Counted from the stretch's first letter, positions 1 through 10,443 are shown. The stretch: DNA of 64,000 bases from a virus (IMGVR_UViG_3300027906_000003:59821-123820), one strand, 5' to 3'. A program made the numbers and translations. Notes: generated by a model from the sequence alone, not told the origin.

Positions 1-1059
1 AACGATAGAACTCTAAAAGAGACTAGACCTATTCTTGCGTCTAAAGTCCAACCAGAATGGTGGAAAGGGTTGAAAATTAATGAGATAGTCAGAGGTGATA
101 AACAACAGACTATTAGAGCATGTCCAGCTATGCAAGATTGGTTGACTATGGGGTATTACCTAATTGCAGAAAAGGATATGTATGTTCAAATAGGTAGAGA
201 CAAATATGATGAGAGTGGAAAGGCTTCTGTTGCATGGTCATATGAAGACCCAAAATTAGGTTCGTCATCTCATCCAGACACACAATTTGGAAATGCGTTC
301 GAACCTGAAAAAAGAGCTGGACTTCCAGTGAAAGACGCATTCAAATTTAGGAATGCCTGGAATATAAAAACCCCACCTGGTTATTCTTGTTTATATCTTG
401 ACCCATTTTTACATCAAAACAATTTCTTTAGTGTATGGCCAGGTATAATAGACACTGATAAGTTTAATTTAAATATGGATAATTCACAAGTTATATTTTA
501 TCCTAAAGTAGACCATTCATTTGTCATAAAGAAAGGAACTCCTTTAACTCAAATCATACCATTTAGAAGAGAAGAATGGAATTCTTCTGCTCAGGTTAAA
601 GACCCAAAAACATTTATAGACAATTTATCTGATGTGACATCTGTATATGGACCTGATAAACCAGTCACTTTACATATGGAATATGCAGAATGGCAAGAAA
701 AAGATAGGAAAGAAAAAGAAAAATTCAATGAGAGCAGAATTGCAACAGACGCTCTTATGGAAAATGCAAAAGGTAATAAAATTAGAAAGTCTGTTCAAGG
801 TGCCATAAACGAGGCAAATCTATTAGAAGCAAATGGATTAGGTCCTTATAGAAAAGTTGGAATGCACATGCCTAAAACTAAACTATACAAGAATAAAGGT
901 AATGAATTGGATATAGAGATACCACCAGAATGCCCTATGCACAAGAAAACAGAAGAGTCTCCTGAAATTCAATTAGAAATGGACTTCAATGATAAACAAC
1001 GAGAGTTAACAGATTTAAATTGGGACGGTTCGGAGTCAAAGAAAATAGATAGAGATTAG
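1..1059 (+). CDS. Conserved phage protein, dUTPase-fold-like (DUF6065-like); 5'-truncated
   Basis: Frame is open from base 1; W-x-I-K-TPPGYSCLY and PGIIDTD, KGTPLTQIIPF motifs typical of this marine T4-like family. Confidence 0.55.
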   Translation, partial: NDRTLKETRPILASKVQPEWWKGLKINEIVRGDKQQTIRACPAMQDWLTMGYYLIAEKDMYVQIGRDKYDESGKASVAWSYEDPKLGSSSHPDTQFGNAFEPEKRAGLPVKDAFKFRNAWNIKTPPGYSCLYLDPFLHQNNFFSVWPGIIDTDKFNLNMDNSQVIFYPKVDHSFVIKKGTPLTQIIPFRREEWNSSAQVKDPKTFIDNLSDVTSVYGPDKPVTLHMEYAEWQEKDRKEKEKFNESRIATDALMENAKGNKIRKSVQGAINEANLLEANGLGPYRKVGMHMPKTKLYKNKGNELDIEIPPECPMHKKTEESPEIQLEMDFNDKQRELTDLNWDGSESKKIDRD

Positions 1060-1062
1060 ATT

Positions 1063-1779
1063 ATGTCAGTTAAATTTTTTGCACCTCAGATGGTGTTTAT
1101 AAGAGACTTGTTAGACCCAAGTTTAGGTGACATTGGTGTTGATGATAATTATATAAGTCTTCTTAAAAGAACTATAGATGAAATGAGGAGTGATGACCCA
1201 ATAGGAAGAAGAATTTCAAATGCAGATACAGGTTGGCAATCAAATGACGGTTGTGAAGACCATCCAGCCTTTGTAAAATTAATGAGATGTATAAGAGAAT
1301 CTCTTTATGAAGAAGTTTGGCCTTTTTGGGGATTAGATAGAAATAAGGGTCATATGGTTGAAATGCACAACTCATGGGCAAATATAAATGATAAGGGTGC
1401 CTGGAATAAACCACACAAACACAATGGTTGTTGGATGTCTGGTGCCTTTTATATAAATGCACAAGGAGATGAGGGTGATTTCATAGCAATGTCAGATTCA
1501 GATAGAGTAATGGGTGATTTTCCACATTCACAAAGAATGCAAGAGACTGAAAATTTAAGACCTAAAACAGGAATGTTGTATATGTTTCCTAGTGGTTTGT
1601 CTCACATGGTTGCACCAAATACAACTGATAATGATAGATATAGTATATCATTTAATGTAGGATTTAGATACAAAGGAGAAAGACCAACAGGAGATATTCC
1701 AAATTGGCGTTGGGATGAAACTCTTTTTGATATCACACCAGACGGAAAACTTATACAAGTATCTACTGCAGAAGAATAA
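1063..1779 (+). CDS. 2OG-Fe(II) oxygenase (TIGR02466-like)
   Basis: GWQS, SWANIN, HxH (PHKH), SGAFY, FPSxLxHxV, RYSISFN. Confidence 0.85.
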   Translation: MSVKFFAPQMVFIRDLLDPSLGDIGVDDNYISLLKRTIDEMRSDDPIGRRISNADTGWQSNDGCEDHPAFVKLMRCIRESLYEEVWPFWGLDRNKGHMVEMHNSWANINDKGAWNKPHKHNGCWMSGAFYINAQGDEGDFIAMSDSDRVMGDFPHSQRMQETENLRPKTGMLYMFPSGLSHMVAPNTTDNDRYSISFNVGFRYKGERPTGDIPNWRWDETLFDITPDGKLIQVSTAEE

Positions 1780-1784
1780 GATTC

Positions 1785-1792
1785 CATAAATA
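1785..1792 (+). promoter_or_regulatory. T4-type late promoter (CATAAATA)
   Basis: Near match to TATAAATA, 5 nt before ATG 1798. Confidence 0.6.
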
Positions 1793-1797
1793 GTTGT

Positions 1798-2058
1798 ATG
1801 GAATTAATCATAGACGCTCATGTAATTTGGAATATACTCTTAACGCTGATATTAGCACCGTTAGGATTTCTTGTAAGGTCGGTTTTGTCTGAACAAAAAC
1901 GATTGGACATTCTTGTCAATAAAACAAGAGAAGAAGTTGCTAGAGACTATGTGACTAGACAAGAGATTGAACAAGACTTTGAACGACTAGCAAGACAACT
2001 TCAAAGAATTGATGAGAAAATCGACAGACTTCAAAGTAAAACCTATTTCCAAGATTAG
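1798..2058 (+). CDS. Small membrane protein with C-terminal coiled coil
   Basis: N-terminal TM helix then heptad-rich tail. Confidence 0.7.
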   Translation: MELIIDAHVIWNILLTLILAPLGFLVRSVLSEQKRLDILVNKTREEVARDYVTRQEIEQDFERLARQLQRIDEKIDRLQSKTYFQD

Positions 2059-2064
2059 GATTCG

Positions 2065-2072
2065 TATAAATA
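2065..2072 (+). promoter_or_regulatory. T4-type late promoter TATAAATA
   Basis: Exact consensus upstream of gp13. Confidence 0.75.
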
Positions 2073-2100
2073 GTAGTAGACCTTAAAATGGAATATTACT

Positions 2101-2916
2101 ATGGCAACACCAAATAGCAAAGCAACTTTCAAAGAATACATCAAAAGAAAACTCGGTGCGCCTGTTCTGGAAATCAATGTCGATGACGACCAATTTGAAG
2201 ATAGAATGGATGAGGCAATACAGTGGTTTCAAGAGTATCACTATGATGGTTCTATAAAAACATACTTAAAACATGAGTTAACCGACTCAGAACTAACACA
2301 AATGAAGACGGATACGAGTATGACATCGTCTCCAGCTGGTTCACACGACTACTCAAACACTGCATTTAAAGAACAACAGAATTATATTGTTCTTCCAGAG
2401 TTCGTTCTTGCAGTTAATAACATATTTCCTTTCAACGATAAACACAATTTAAATATGTTTGACTTACGATATCAATTAAGACTAAATGATATCTATGATT
2501 TAACATCAACAAACATTCTAAACTATTCAATGGTTCAACAACACATTAGTATGTTAGATGATATACTAGTTGGAAAAACACCAATCAGATATAACACACA
2601 TCAAAATAGACTATACTTAGATATGGCTACATCAAATGTATCTGCAGGTGAGTATATCATTATTGAATGTTATAGAAAATTAGACCCCACAGACATGACA
2701 GATATCTATAATGATATGTGGTTGAAAAAATATGCAACTGCATTAGTCAAGTATCAGTGGGCAGAAAACTTATCTAAGTTCTCAGGAGTTGCACTACCAG
2801 GTGGTGTCACACTTGATGCTGAGAGAATGAAAACTGAAGCACAAGAAGAGATTACAAGATTAGAAGAAGAGTCAAGATTAAATCATCAAATGATGCCAAT
2901 CGACTTAATGGGATAA
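2101..2916 (+). CDS. gp13: Neck protein gp13
   Basis: LGAPVLEINVDDDQ, YNDMWLKKYATAL, LPGGVTL; synteny. Confidence 0.92.
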   Translation: MATPNSKATFKEYIKRKLGAPVLEINVDDDQFEDRMDEAIQWFQEYHYDGSIKTYLKHELTDSELTQMKTDTSMTSSPAGSHDYSNTAFKEQQNYIVLPEFVLAVNNIFPFNDKHNLNMFDLRYQLRLNDIYDLTSTNILNYSMVQQHISMLDDILVGKTPIRYNTHQNRLYLDMATSNVSAGEYIIIECYRKLDPTDMTDIYNDMWLKKYATALVKYQWAENLSKFSGVALPGGVTLDAERMKTEAQEEITRLEEESRLNHQMMPIDLMG

Positions 2917-2920
2917 TATT

Positions 2921-3775
2921 ATGCCGACAAATGTATACTTTAACCATGCAGTTAATACTGAACAACACCTCTATGAGGATTTAGTTGTTGAATCACTTAG
3001 ATTCTATGGTCATGAAACATACTATCTACCAAGACAGATAATAGAAGAAGATAGTATTCTTGGTGAAGATGTGCAATCAACATTCGGTGATGCGTATTCT
3101 GTAGAAATGTATTTAGATAATGTTGAGGGGTTTGAAGGAGAGGACCTATTCTCTAAGTTTGGTATTCAAACACAAGAAGAATGCACATTTACACTTGCAC
3201 TTAGAACATGGGAAAGATTCATTTCATTAGACTCCAACTTAGTCACATCACTTAGACCAAATGAGGGAGACTTAGTATACTTCCCTATGTCTGGTTCTAT
3301 GTTTGAAATCAGATATGTCGAAGACCAAAATCCTTTCTTTCAGATAGGAAAACTTTTTGTATTCAAACTTAAATGCACATTATTCGAATACAGTGGAGAA
3401 GACTTCGATACAAACATTGATGCAATTGACATTGTTGAAGACCAACAAGCATATACAATTCAATTAACAATGAATTCAAGTGGTTCAGGTGATTACGCAG
3501 CGAATGAATCAATTAAGATTGGTTCAACAGTAATTGGTGAAGTCACATCTTGGAAAGCGTCTACACATCTACTTACAGTTAAAGATGTCACCACAACGAT
3601 TCAGGTTGGTGATACGATAGAGGGTGCTGTTAACGGTGCATCTTATACAGTTGCAAGTATTAGAGACATTCTAACTATGAATGACGGAACAGGTGCTGAT
3701 AATGCAGATTTAGAAACTACTGCAGACAACTACTTAGACTTCTCAGAAACAAACCCATTTGGTGAGGTTACATAA
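2921..3775 (+). CDS. gp14: Neck protein gp14
   Basis: YYLPR, FSKFG, RPNEGDLVYFP, DFSETNPFG; synteny. Confidence 0.92.
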   Translation: MPTNVYFNHAVNTEQHLYEDLVVESLRFYGHETYYLPRQIIEEDSILGEDVQSTFGDAYSVEMYLDNVEGFEGEDLFSKFGIQTQEECTFTLALRTWERFISLDSNLVTSLRPNEGDLVYFPMSGSMFEIRYVEDQNPFFQIGKLFVFKLKCTLFEYSGEDFDTNIDAIDIVEDQQAYTIQLTMNSSGSGDYAANESIKIGSTVIGEVTSWKASTHLLTVKDVTTTIQVGDTIEGAVNGASYTVASIRDILTMNDGTGADNADLETTADNYLDFSETNPFGEVT

Positions 3776-3990
3776 TGATAGAAAAAATAATTGCAGATAC
3801 ACTTAATGTAAAAGAAGATGTTATTAAAGACGATTCAAACTTTGTAGAAGATTTAGGTGCAGACTCACTTAACATTGTTGAACTAGTTATGCAAGTTGAA
3901 GAAAACTACGACATGGAAATTTCTGATGATGATGCAGAAACATTACATACAGTTGCAGACTTGAAACAGTATATAGAGGACTATTCATAA
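3775..3990 (+). CDS. acpP: Acyl carrier protein
   Basis: DLGADSL phosphopantetheine site; 71 aa, acidic; TVADL C-terminal helix. Confidence 0.9.
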   Translation: MIEKIIADTLNVKEDVIKDDSNFVEDLGADSLNIVELVMQVEENYDMEISDDDAETLHTVADLKQYIEDYS

Positions 3991-5033
3991 TGTTTGGTAC
4001 CTATTTTTATAATGAAACAATCAAAAGGTCTGTTTCTATATTTGGAACTTTGTTTAATAACATAACTCTCAAAAAAATCAAATCAGATGGAACAATTCTT
4101 GGAGAACAGATAGTTCCTATATCATATGGTCCAAAACAAAAATGGTTAGAAAGAATCAATGTTGACCCAAAACAGAGAGATGGCAATATTACAGGCATGA
4201 CATTTCCTCGAATGGCATTCGAGTTATCTGGTATAGAATATGATGCAACTCGTCAACAAAACAAATTAATTAGAAGTCAGAAAAGCACCTTAGAATCAGA
4301 TGGTGTTAAAAGAGCATTTCAATATAATCCTGCACCATATACATTAACCTTTAAGTTAAGTATTATGACTAAGAATATGAATGATGCACTACAAATTGTA
4401 GAACAAATCATACCATATTTTCAACCAGAGTATACAGTCACAATGAAGATGATTGATTCTATGACTGATTATAGAGATGTTCCAATCACTTTAGAATCTG
4501 TTGCATTTGAAGATAACTATGAGAGTGGTTATGAAGAAAGAAGATTTATAGAATATTCTTTAGACTTTAAAATGAAACTATACTTCTTTGGACCTGTTTA
4601 CACTGGTGATGTTATTAAGAGTGTTATCGAAAGAGACTATATTAATACAGATAAGGGTGGATTCACATCAACTCAAATTACTGGTTCAGGTCTTGTAAAA
4701 GAAGTTAAACACTATGAACCTGCATTCGAAGAAGTTGCAAATGCTGTAAGTAATTCAACTACAGTGACCTTTGCAAATGCAATAAATAGTAAGATAAGTG
4801 CAAACGATGAAGTATTCGGAACAAACTTAACTACGAATCCTACAATATCATCAATTGCAAATGATAAAAAATCAATAGTATTGTCGACTGCAGTGACTAT
4901 TGATGCACTTACGAAGTTATTATTCGTTGGTTCAGTAGACCCAGGTGATACATTCGTAGTTGCAGAAACAGTGAATTTTTATGATGATGGAGGTTCTACA
5001 ACATATAGTGAAGACCTCGCAAGTGATGCTTAA
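3990..5033 (+). CDS. gp15: Tail sheath stabilizer gp15 with C-terminal extension
   Basis: YFYNETIKR, FGTLFNNI, VPISYGPKQK, QIVEQIIPYFQP. Confidence 0.9.
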   Translation: MFGTYFYNETIKRSVSIFGTLFNNITLKKIKSDGTILGEQIVPISYGPKQKWLERINVDPKQRDGNITGMTFPRMAFELSGIEYDATRQQNKLIRSQKSTLESDGVKRAFQYNPAPYTLTFKLSIMTKNMNDALQIVEQIIPYFQPEYTVTMKMIDSMTDYRDVPITLESVAFEDNYESGYEERRFIEYSLDFKMKLYFFGPVYTGDVIKSVIERDYINTDKGGFTSTQITGSGLVKEVKHYEPAFEEVANAVSNSTTVTFANAINSKISANDEVFGTNLTTNPTISSIANDKKSIVLSTAVTIDALTKLLFVGSVDPGDTFVVAETVNFYDDGGSTTYSEDLASDA

Positions 5034-5035
5034 TT

Positions 5036-5431
5036 ATGCCAAAAGATATAGATAAAAAATTGGATGATGTCCTAGACATTCAACAAACAATCAAAAAAGA
5101 GACAACTGCAGTAGTTGTTCCTAAAGAAAGGTCTCAAAACATTGAGACTGATTACAAATACACTAGAGAAAACTTATATGGTCTTGTCGAAAGAGGACAA
5201 GATGCCATTGAAGGAATCTTAGATGTCTGTAAAGAGACGGAGAATCCTCGTGCATATGAAGTTGCAGGTCAATTAATCAAAACAGTCGGTGAAACTGCAG
5301 AGAAACTCATCGATGTTCAACAAAAACTTAAAAAATTAGAAGATGAAAATGAAAGTATTAAGACACAACACAATCACTTGTATGTCGGAAATACTGCAGA
5401 ACTCCAGAAGTTCTTAAAGAAAAACAAATAG
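5036..5431 (+). CDS. gp16: Terminase small subunit gp16
   Basis: DYKYTRENLY, PRAYEVAGQLIK, VGNTAELQK. Confidence 0.92.
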   Translation: MPKDIDKKLDDVLDIQQTIKKETTAVVVPKERSQNIETDYKYTRENLYGLVERGQDAIEGILDVCKETENPRAYEVAGQLIKTVGETAEKLIDVQQKLKKLEDENESIKTQHNHLYVGNTAELQKFLKKNK

Positions 5432-6225
5432 TGAAGAAATATTTTTATAATTCCACCAGACAGATGGAACCTACAGTTGAAAATTGTTTTTGGGACTTTA
5501 ATAGAACCAATGCCTATGAAAAGTGGATTAAAGAAAATGTTGAAGATAAAGTTGTTTGTGATTTAGGAACAGGAAGTGGTATTCTATGTTATCTTGCATA
5601 CTATTACGGTGCTAAACATGTTTATGGTTGTGAGATAAGAGAAGAGATAGTCGAAGATTTAACTAATAGATTTAAAGATTTTCCAATAACTATAGTTCAT
5701 TGTGATGTATTAGAAGATGAATGGCCAGAAGCAGACATATATCTACAAGAATTTATTGCAAGTCCTTTTATAGGTGAGAATATAGAATTACTATTCAAAG
5801 AAACTGTAAAAAGGGAATTAGAAGATAGATTATATCCAAATATCATATCAATATACAATGGTGAGGGTGATAACGATGGTTTTAAAATATCAACAAACGA
5901 TGACTTTTTAGAGGGGTCAAAACACTTTATAGATTACTTAGATTTTGAAGAAAAATCTCCAAGAGAAGGAAGAAAACTTTGGTCGAATAATGTATCAGAA
6001 ACATCTCTTCATTGGACTGGTCACTTAAAAGATTGGAATAATAAAGTTTTACATGATATGGGTGTAGTTGAAGAGGATGACGGAACAATAACAGGAAAGG
6101 TATTGTGGGAAATGTCGTTTGATGGAAAATATCCTATATCTAATTTTTCTCAATCATACAGTCATTGGGCAATAGATAGAATGGACACTTTAAGATACAG
6201 AAGATTGGAAGCGGGTTTAAGATAA
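5431..6225 (+). CDS. SAM-dependent methyltransferase, PRMT-like
   Basis: VVCDLGTGSGIL motif I, VYGCE, E-x8-E segment, C-terminal SHW. Confidence 0.75.
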   Translation: MKKYFYNSTRQMEPTVENCFWDFNRTNAYEKWIKENVEDKVVCDLGTGSGILCYLAYYYGAKHVYGCEIREEIVEDLTNRFKDFPITIVHCDVLEDEWPEADIYLQEFIASPFIGENIELLFKETVKRELEDRLYPNIISIYNGEGDNDGFKISTNDDFLEGSKHFIDYLDFEEKSPREGRKLWSNNVSETSLHWTGHLKDWNNKVLHDMGVVEEDDGTITGKVLWEMSFDGKYPISNFSQSYSHWAIDRMDTLRYRRLEAGLR

Positions 6226-7805
6226 TGGTTCAACCAAAAAATGAAGGATACTTAGGTAACACTCTCATTAAAAGAAGTGGTGTTGAGACTAAGTATTCAG
6301 ACAAAGAGATGGCAGAGTATGTGAAATGTTCACAAGACCCTTGTCATTTTATAGAAAACTATACACAAATTATCTCACTAGATGAGGGTATGGTTCCTTT
6401 TAAACTTCGTGGGTACCAAGACAAACTTATAGAACATTATAATGCAAATCGTTTTAATATCGTTCTTGCATCTCGTCAATCAGGTAAATCTATAACATCT
6501 TGTGCATATCTACTATGGTTCTTACTGTTTAATCCAGAAGTCACTGTTGCTGTTTTGGCAAACAAAGGTGCAATTGCAAGAGAGATGATTGCAAGAATGG
6601 TAACCATGTTGGAAAGTGTTCCCTTTTTCCTACAACCTGGTGTAAAAATTCTCAACAAAGGGTCCATAGAATTTGCAAACGATTCAAAAGTAGTCGCCGC
6701 GGCAACTTCCAGTTCTAGTATCCGTGGATTGTCTATTAACCTCTTGTATCTTGACGAGTTTGCATTCGTTGATGATGCAGAGACATTTTATACTGCAACA
6801 TATCCTGTTGTCACATCAGGTAAAGATTCAAAGGTTATCATAACATCTACTGCAAATGGTGTTGGTAATATGTTCTATAAAATATATCAAAGTGCCGTTC
6901 ATGACCAATCAGAGTATAAACACTTTACGATTAGTTGGGACGATGTGCCAGGTCGAGATGACGAATGGAAGAAAGAGACAATTGCAAACACATCAGAGGC
7001 ACAATTTGAACAAGAATATGGTAATAGTTTCTTAGGAACAGGTAATACTCTTATAAATGCAAACACATTATTAGGAATGATGGCAAAAGAACCTGATTGG
7101 AATAAAGATAATGTAAATGTATATGAAAAACCTAAAGAAGGACACTCTTATATTTGCACGGTTGATGTATCTAAAGGTCGTGGAATAGACTATTCTACAT
7201 TTACTATTACTGATATATCAGTCAAACCATTCAGAACAGTATGCACATATAGAGATAATATGATATCTCCTATGTTATTTCCAGACTTAATAGCTAAGTA
7301 TGCAAGACCATATAACGAAGCATTAGTAATAATAGAGAACAATGCAGAGGGTGGAATGGTTGCAACTCAGATGCACTATGACATAGAATATCCAAATGTA
7401 TTTACACAAGGAATGAGTAAAGCAGAAGATATTGGTGTCACTATGACTAAGAAAATTAAAAGAATTGGTTGTTCTACATTAAAAGAACTATTAGAAGAGA
7501 ATAGAATGGAGTTATGTGATAGAAATACCATTACCGAACTTATGACTTTTATAAGTAAAGGTAATAGTTTTGAAGCCGATAGAGGGTTTCACGATGATAT
7601 GGTTATGAACCTAGTCTTATTCTCTTGGTTTGTCACAACAGACCACTTCTTCCACTTAACTGATAGACAAGTTAAAGAACTATTATACGCAGAACAACAA
7701 AAATTAATTGAAGACGATATACTACCACCAGGAATATTCGATACAGGACAGAACAATACAGAGTCCTTTGTCGATGCAGACGGTGATAGATGGTTTTTAG
7801 ATTAA
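6225..7805 (+). CDS. gp17: Terminase large subunit gp17
   Basis: SRQSGKS Walker A, LYLDEFAF, DVSKGRGIDYS, HDDMVM. Confidence 0.96.
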   Translation: MVQPKNEGYLGNTLIKRSGVETKYSDKEMAEYVKCSQDPCHFIENYTQIISLDEGMVPFKLRGYQDKLIEHYNANRFNIVLASRQSGKSITSCAYLLWFLLFNPEVTVAVLANKGAIAREMIARMVTMLESVPFFLQPGVKILNKGSIEFANDSKVVAAATSSSSIRGLSINLLYLDEFAFVDDAETFYTATYPVVTSGKDSKVIITSTANGVGNMFYKIYQSAVHDQSEYKHFTISWDDVPGRDDEWKKETIANTSEAQFEQEYGNSFLGTGNTLINANTLLGMMAKEPDWNKDNVNVYEKPKEGHSYICTVDVSKGRGIDYSTFTITDISVKPFRTVCTYRDNMISPMLFPDLIAKYARPYNEALVIIENNAEGGMVATQMHYDIEYPNVFTQGMSKAEDIGVTMTKKIKRIGCSTLKELLEENRMELCDRNTITELMTFISKGNSFEADRGFHDDMVMNLVLFSWFVTTDHFFHLTDRQVKELLYAEQQKLIEDDILPPGIFDTGQNNTESFVDADGDRWFLD

Positions 7806-7855
7806 CTAAATACAATATAACCATGTAAAAAGGGTTTCATTGGGTATTATAAACT

Positions 7856-7863
7856 TATAAATA
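7856..7863 (+). promoter_or_regulatory. T4-type late promoter TATAAATA
   Basis: Exact consensus upstream of gp18. Confidence 0.75.
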
Positions 7864-7902
7864 ATCTAGTAAACAAACTTTTTACATTAACAGGAGAAAA
7901 GT

Positions 7903-9891
7903 ATGGCATTTCAAGTATCACCAGGAGTTCAAGTCTCAGAGATAGACTTAACAAATGTTGTGCCTGCAGTTTCAAGCACGACTGGTGCTTTTGCAGGTCA
8001 ATTTCAGTGGGGACCTGTTGATGAAGTAAAAACAGTTTCAGATAGTAAGGGTTTGATAGATGAGTTTTCGTCACCTGCAAATACCGATGCTGGAGCTGAA
8101 GACTTTTATTCAGCAGAAGCATTCTTGAAGTATGGGTCATCATTAAGAGTAGTTAGAATTTCCAACGGAGCAAAAAGTGCTAACGCGGCTGGAGCAACAT
8201 CAGCTATTCTTAAAAACGATGCAGAATACACAAGCACCTACAAAGGTGGAACCCAAGCCGGCACAGTCGGTGCGTGGGTAGCAAGATATGCGGGTTCTCT
8301 AGGAAACAATTTAAAAGTTTCCCTTTGTGCGTCAGCGAACGCATATTTTAACGATGCAGTTACCACAGTAAATGGAACTGAAGCGGTTGGTCAGACTACT
8401 ATAACAGTCTCAGCTTCTAATGTGTTTAACATTAGAGACCAGGTTAAATTCCAAGGCGACGATAACTTCTATAGAGTTCTATCAAAACCAAGTTCAACCA
8501 CTATAACAATCGAAGCATTAAATCAACCACAAGGAACTGGACTATTAGTTAACCAGACTGCAGGACAAAATATCGATAGATATTGGGAATTCCACAATTT
8601 GTTTGACAAAACACCAGGAACTTCAGCAGGACAAACCCAAGCGGGTGGAGCTGCAGATGAGGTTCATGTAGTTGTTGTAGACGAAGATGGCGGAATAACA
8701 GGAACAGCACATAGCGTTTTAGAAACACACGCATTTATGTCATTGGCATCAGATGCAAAAGGTCCTGACGGAAAATCTAATTACTACAAAAATGTAATTG
8801 AAAGAGAATCTTCATGGATTTGGTGGTCTGGACACGAATCAACAGTTATTGCAAGTGCTGTAGCAAATACAACACACGCGGCGTCAGTATCAGGAACAGC
8901 ATTCCTAAGACCAGCATTACCACTAAATGCTTCAATTTCAGGTGGTTCAGATGGACTAAGTCCAACTGCAGGTCTAAAATATGGTGCATGGGATACTTTC
9001 TTCTCAGACGGAGATACAGTAGATATCTCTTTCCTAATTTGTGGTTCAACAAGAACTACTACAGGTTCAGCTGACCAAGATATACTTGCAGACCATAACA
9101 CAATAGTAAATCAAGGTATATTACTTGCAGAGTCAAGAAAAGACTGCATGTTTATATGTTCACCAAGAAAAGCATCAATAGTTGATGTTAGTTCAGAATC
9201 AACACAAACAACCAATGTTAAAGCTGATTTTGCAAATGTTTCTTCAAGTTCATATGCAGTGTTAGATTCAGGTTGGGTATATCAATACGACAGATTCAAC
9301 GACAGATATTGCTGGGTTCCAGGAAACGGACACACAGCAGGTATCATGGCAAGGGCAGACTTACTAAGAGACCCTTGGTTCTCACCTGCTGGATTCAGCA
9401 GAGGTCAATACCTAGGTATTACTAAACTTGCTTACAATCCTAAACAAGCAAGTAGAGATGACTTATATCGTGCAAGAATTAACCCAATAGTGACATTCCC
9501 AGGACAGGGAACAGTTCTATTTGGAGACAAAACTGCATTAACAGTACCATCTGCATTTGATAGAATCAATGTAAGAAGACTGTTCATCGTATTAGAAAAG
9601 GCAATTTCACAAGCTGCTCAAGCACAACTCTTTGAATTCAACGATGCGTTCACAAGAGCACAGTTTAGAAGTGCTGTAGAACCTTTCCTAAGAGATGTGA
9701 AAAACAGAAGAGGACTAGTAGACTTCTCAGTATTATGTGATGAAACAAACAACACTGATACAGTTATTGATAGAAATGAATTCGTTTGTTCTATCTTTGT
9801 AAAACCTGCTCGTTCTATTAACTATATAACATTAAACTTTGTAGCTGCTAGAAGTGGTGTAGAGTTTAGTGAAATCTATTCAGCAGTTTAA
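7903..9891 (+). CDS. gp18: Tail sheath protein gp18
   Basis: SPGVQVSEIDLT, FQWGP, PWFSPAG, FDRINVRRLF. Confidence 0.96.
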   Translation: MAFQVSPGVQVSEIDLTNVVPAVSSTTGAFAGQFQWGPVDEVKTVSDSKGLIDEFSSPANTDAGAEDFYSAEAFLKYGSSLRVVRISNGAKSANAAGATSAILKNDAEYTSTYKGGTQAGTVGAWVARYAGSLGNNLKVSLCASANAYFNDAVTTVNGTEAVGQTTITVSASNVFNIRDQVKFQGDDNFYRVLSKPSSTTITIEALNQPQGTGLLVNQTAGQNIDRYWEFHNLFDKTPGTSAGQTQAGGAADEVHVVVVDEDGGITGTAHSVLETHAFMSLASDAKGPDGKSNYYKNVIERESSWIWWSGHESTVIASAVANTTHAASVSGTAFLRPALPLNASISGGSDGLSPTAGLKYGAWDTFFSDGDTVDISFLICGSTRTTTGSADQDILADHNTIVNQGILLAESRKDCMFICSPRKASIVDVSSESTQTTNVKADFANVSSSSYAVLDSGWVYQYDRFNDRYCWVPGNGHTAGIMARADLLRDPWFSPAGFSRGQYLGITKLAYNPKQASRDDLYRARINPIVTFPGQGTVLFGDKTALTVPSAFDRINVRRLFIVLEKAISQAAQAQLFEFNDAFTRAQFRSAVEPFLRDVKNRRGLVDFSVLCDETNNTDTVIDRNEFVCSIFVKPARSINYITLNFVAARSGVEFSEIYSAV

Positions 9892-9905
9892 CAGGAGTAT
9901 AAAGA

Positions 9906-10403
9906 ATGGCAACAATAGACCAATTTAAAGCGAACTTAATCGGAGGTGGACCAAGAGCCAACCGATTCAAAGTTTTTGTTCCTAGAACAGGAAACAAAAT
10001 TGAATTCTTGTGTAAAGCTTCTACTCTACCAGGTTCATCTTTTGGAGAGACGACTGTAAAATATATGGGTAATACTTTAAAATTACCTGGTGACAGAGCC
10101 TTTGAAAATTGGACAACAACAATCATCAATGATGTTAACTTTGAAGTTAGAACAGGTCTTGAATCTTGGATGAATGAGATACAAGGCACTGGAACTGGTG
10201 AAGGCTCAACAAGTCTTGACTACTTAGTAGACAGAGCTTTTGTTGAACAATTAGATAAATCGGATGCAGTGTTAGCTCGATATGAGTTCTTTAACATGTA
10301 TCCACAATCAGTTGCACCAATAACATTAGACTATGATAATGGTGACGCGGTACAGACATTTGATGCAGTATTCTCTTTTTCCCATTGGGAAAGAGTAGTT
10401 TAA
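9906..10403 (+). CDS. gp19: Tail tube protein gp19
   Basis: GGPRANRF, FLCKASTLP, GDRAFENW; follows gp18. Confidence 0.93.
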   Translation: MATIDQFKANLIGGGPRANRFKVFVPRTGNKIEFLCKASTLPGSSFGETTVKYMGNTLKLPGDRAFENWTTTIINDVNFEVRTGLESWMNEIQGTGTGEGSTSLDYLVDRAFVEQLDKSDAVLARYEFFNMYPQSVAPITLDYDNGDAVQTFDAVFSFSHWERVV

Positions 10404-10430
10404 TAAGTGAGATAACACCTAAAATGGTGT

Positions 10431-10438
10431 TATAAATA
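10431..10438 (+). promoter_or_regulatory. T4-type late promoter TATAAATA
   Basis: Exact consensus 5 nt before the portal ATG. Confidence 0.75.
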
Positions 10439-10443
10439 ATAGT

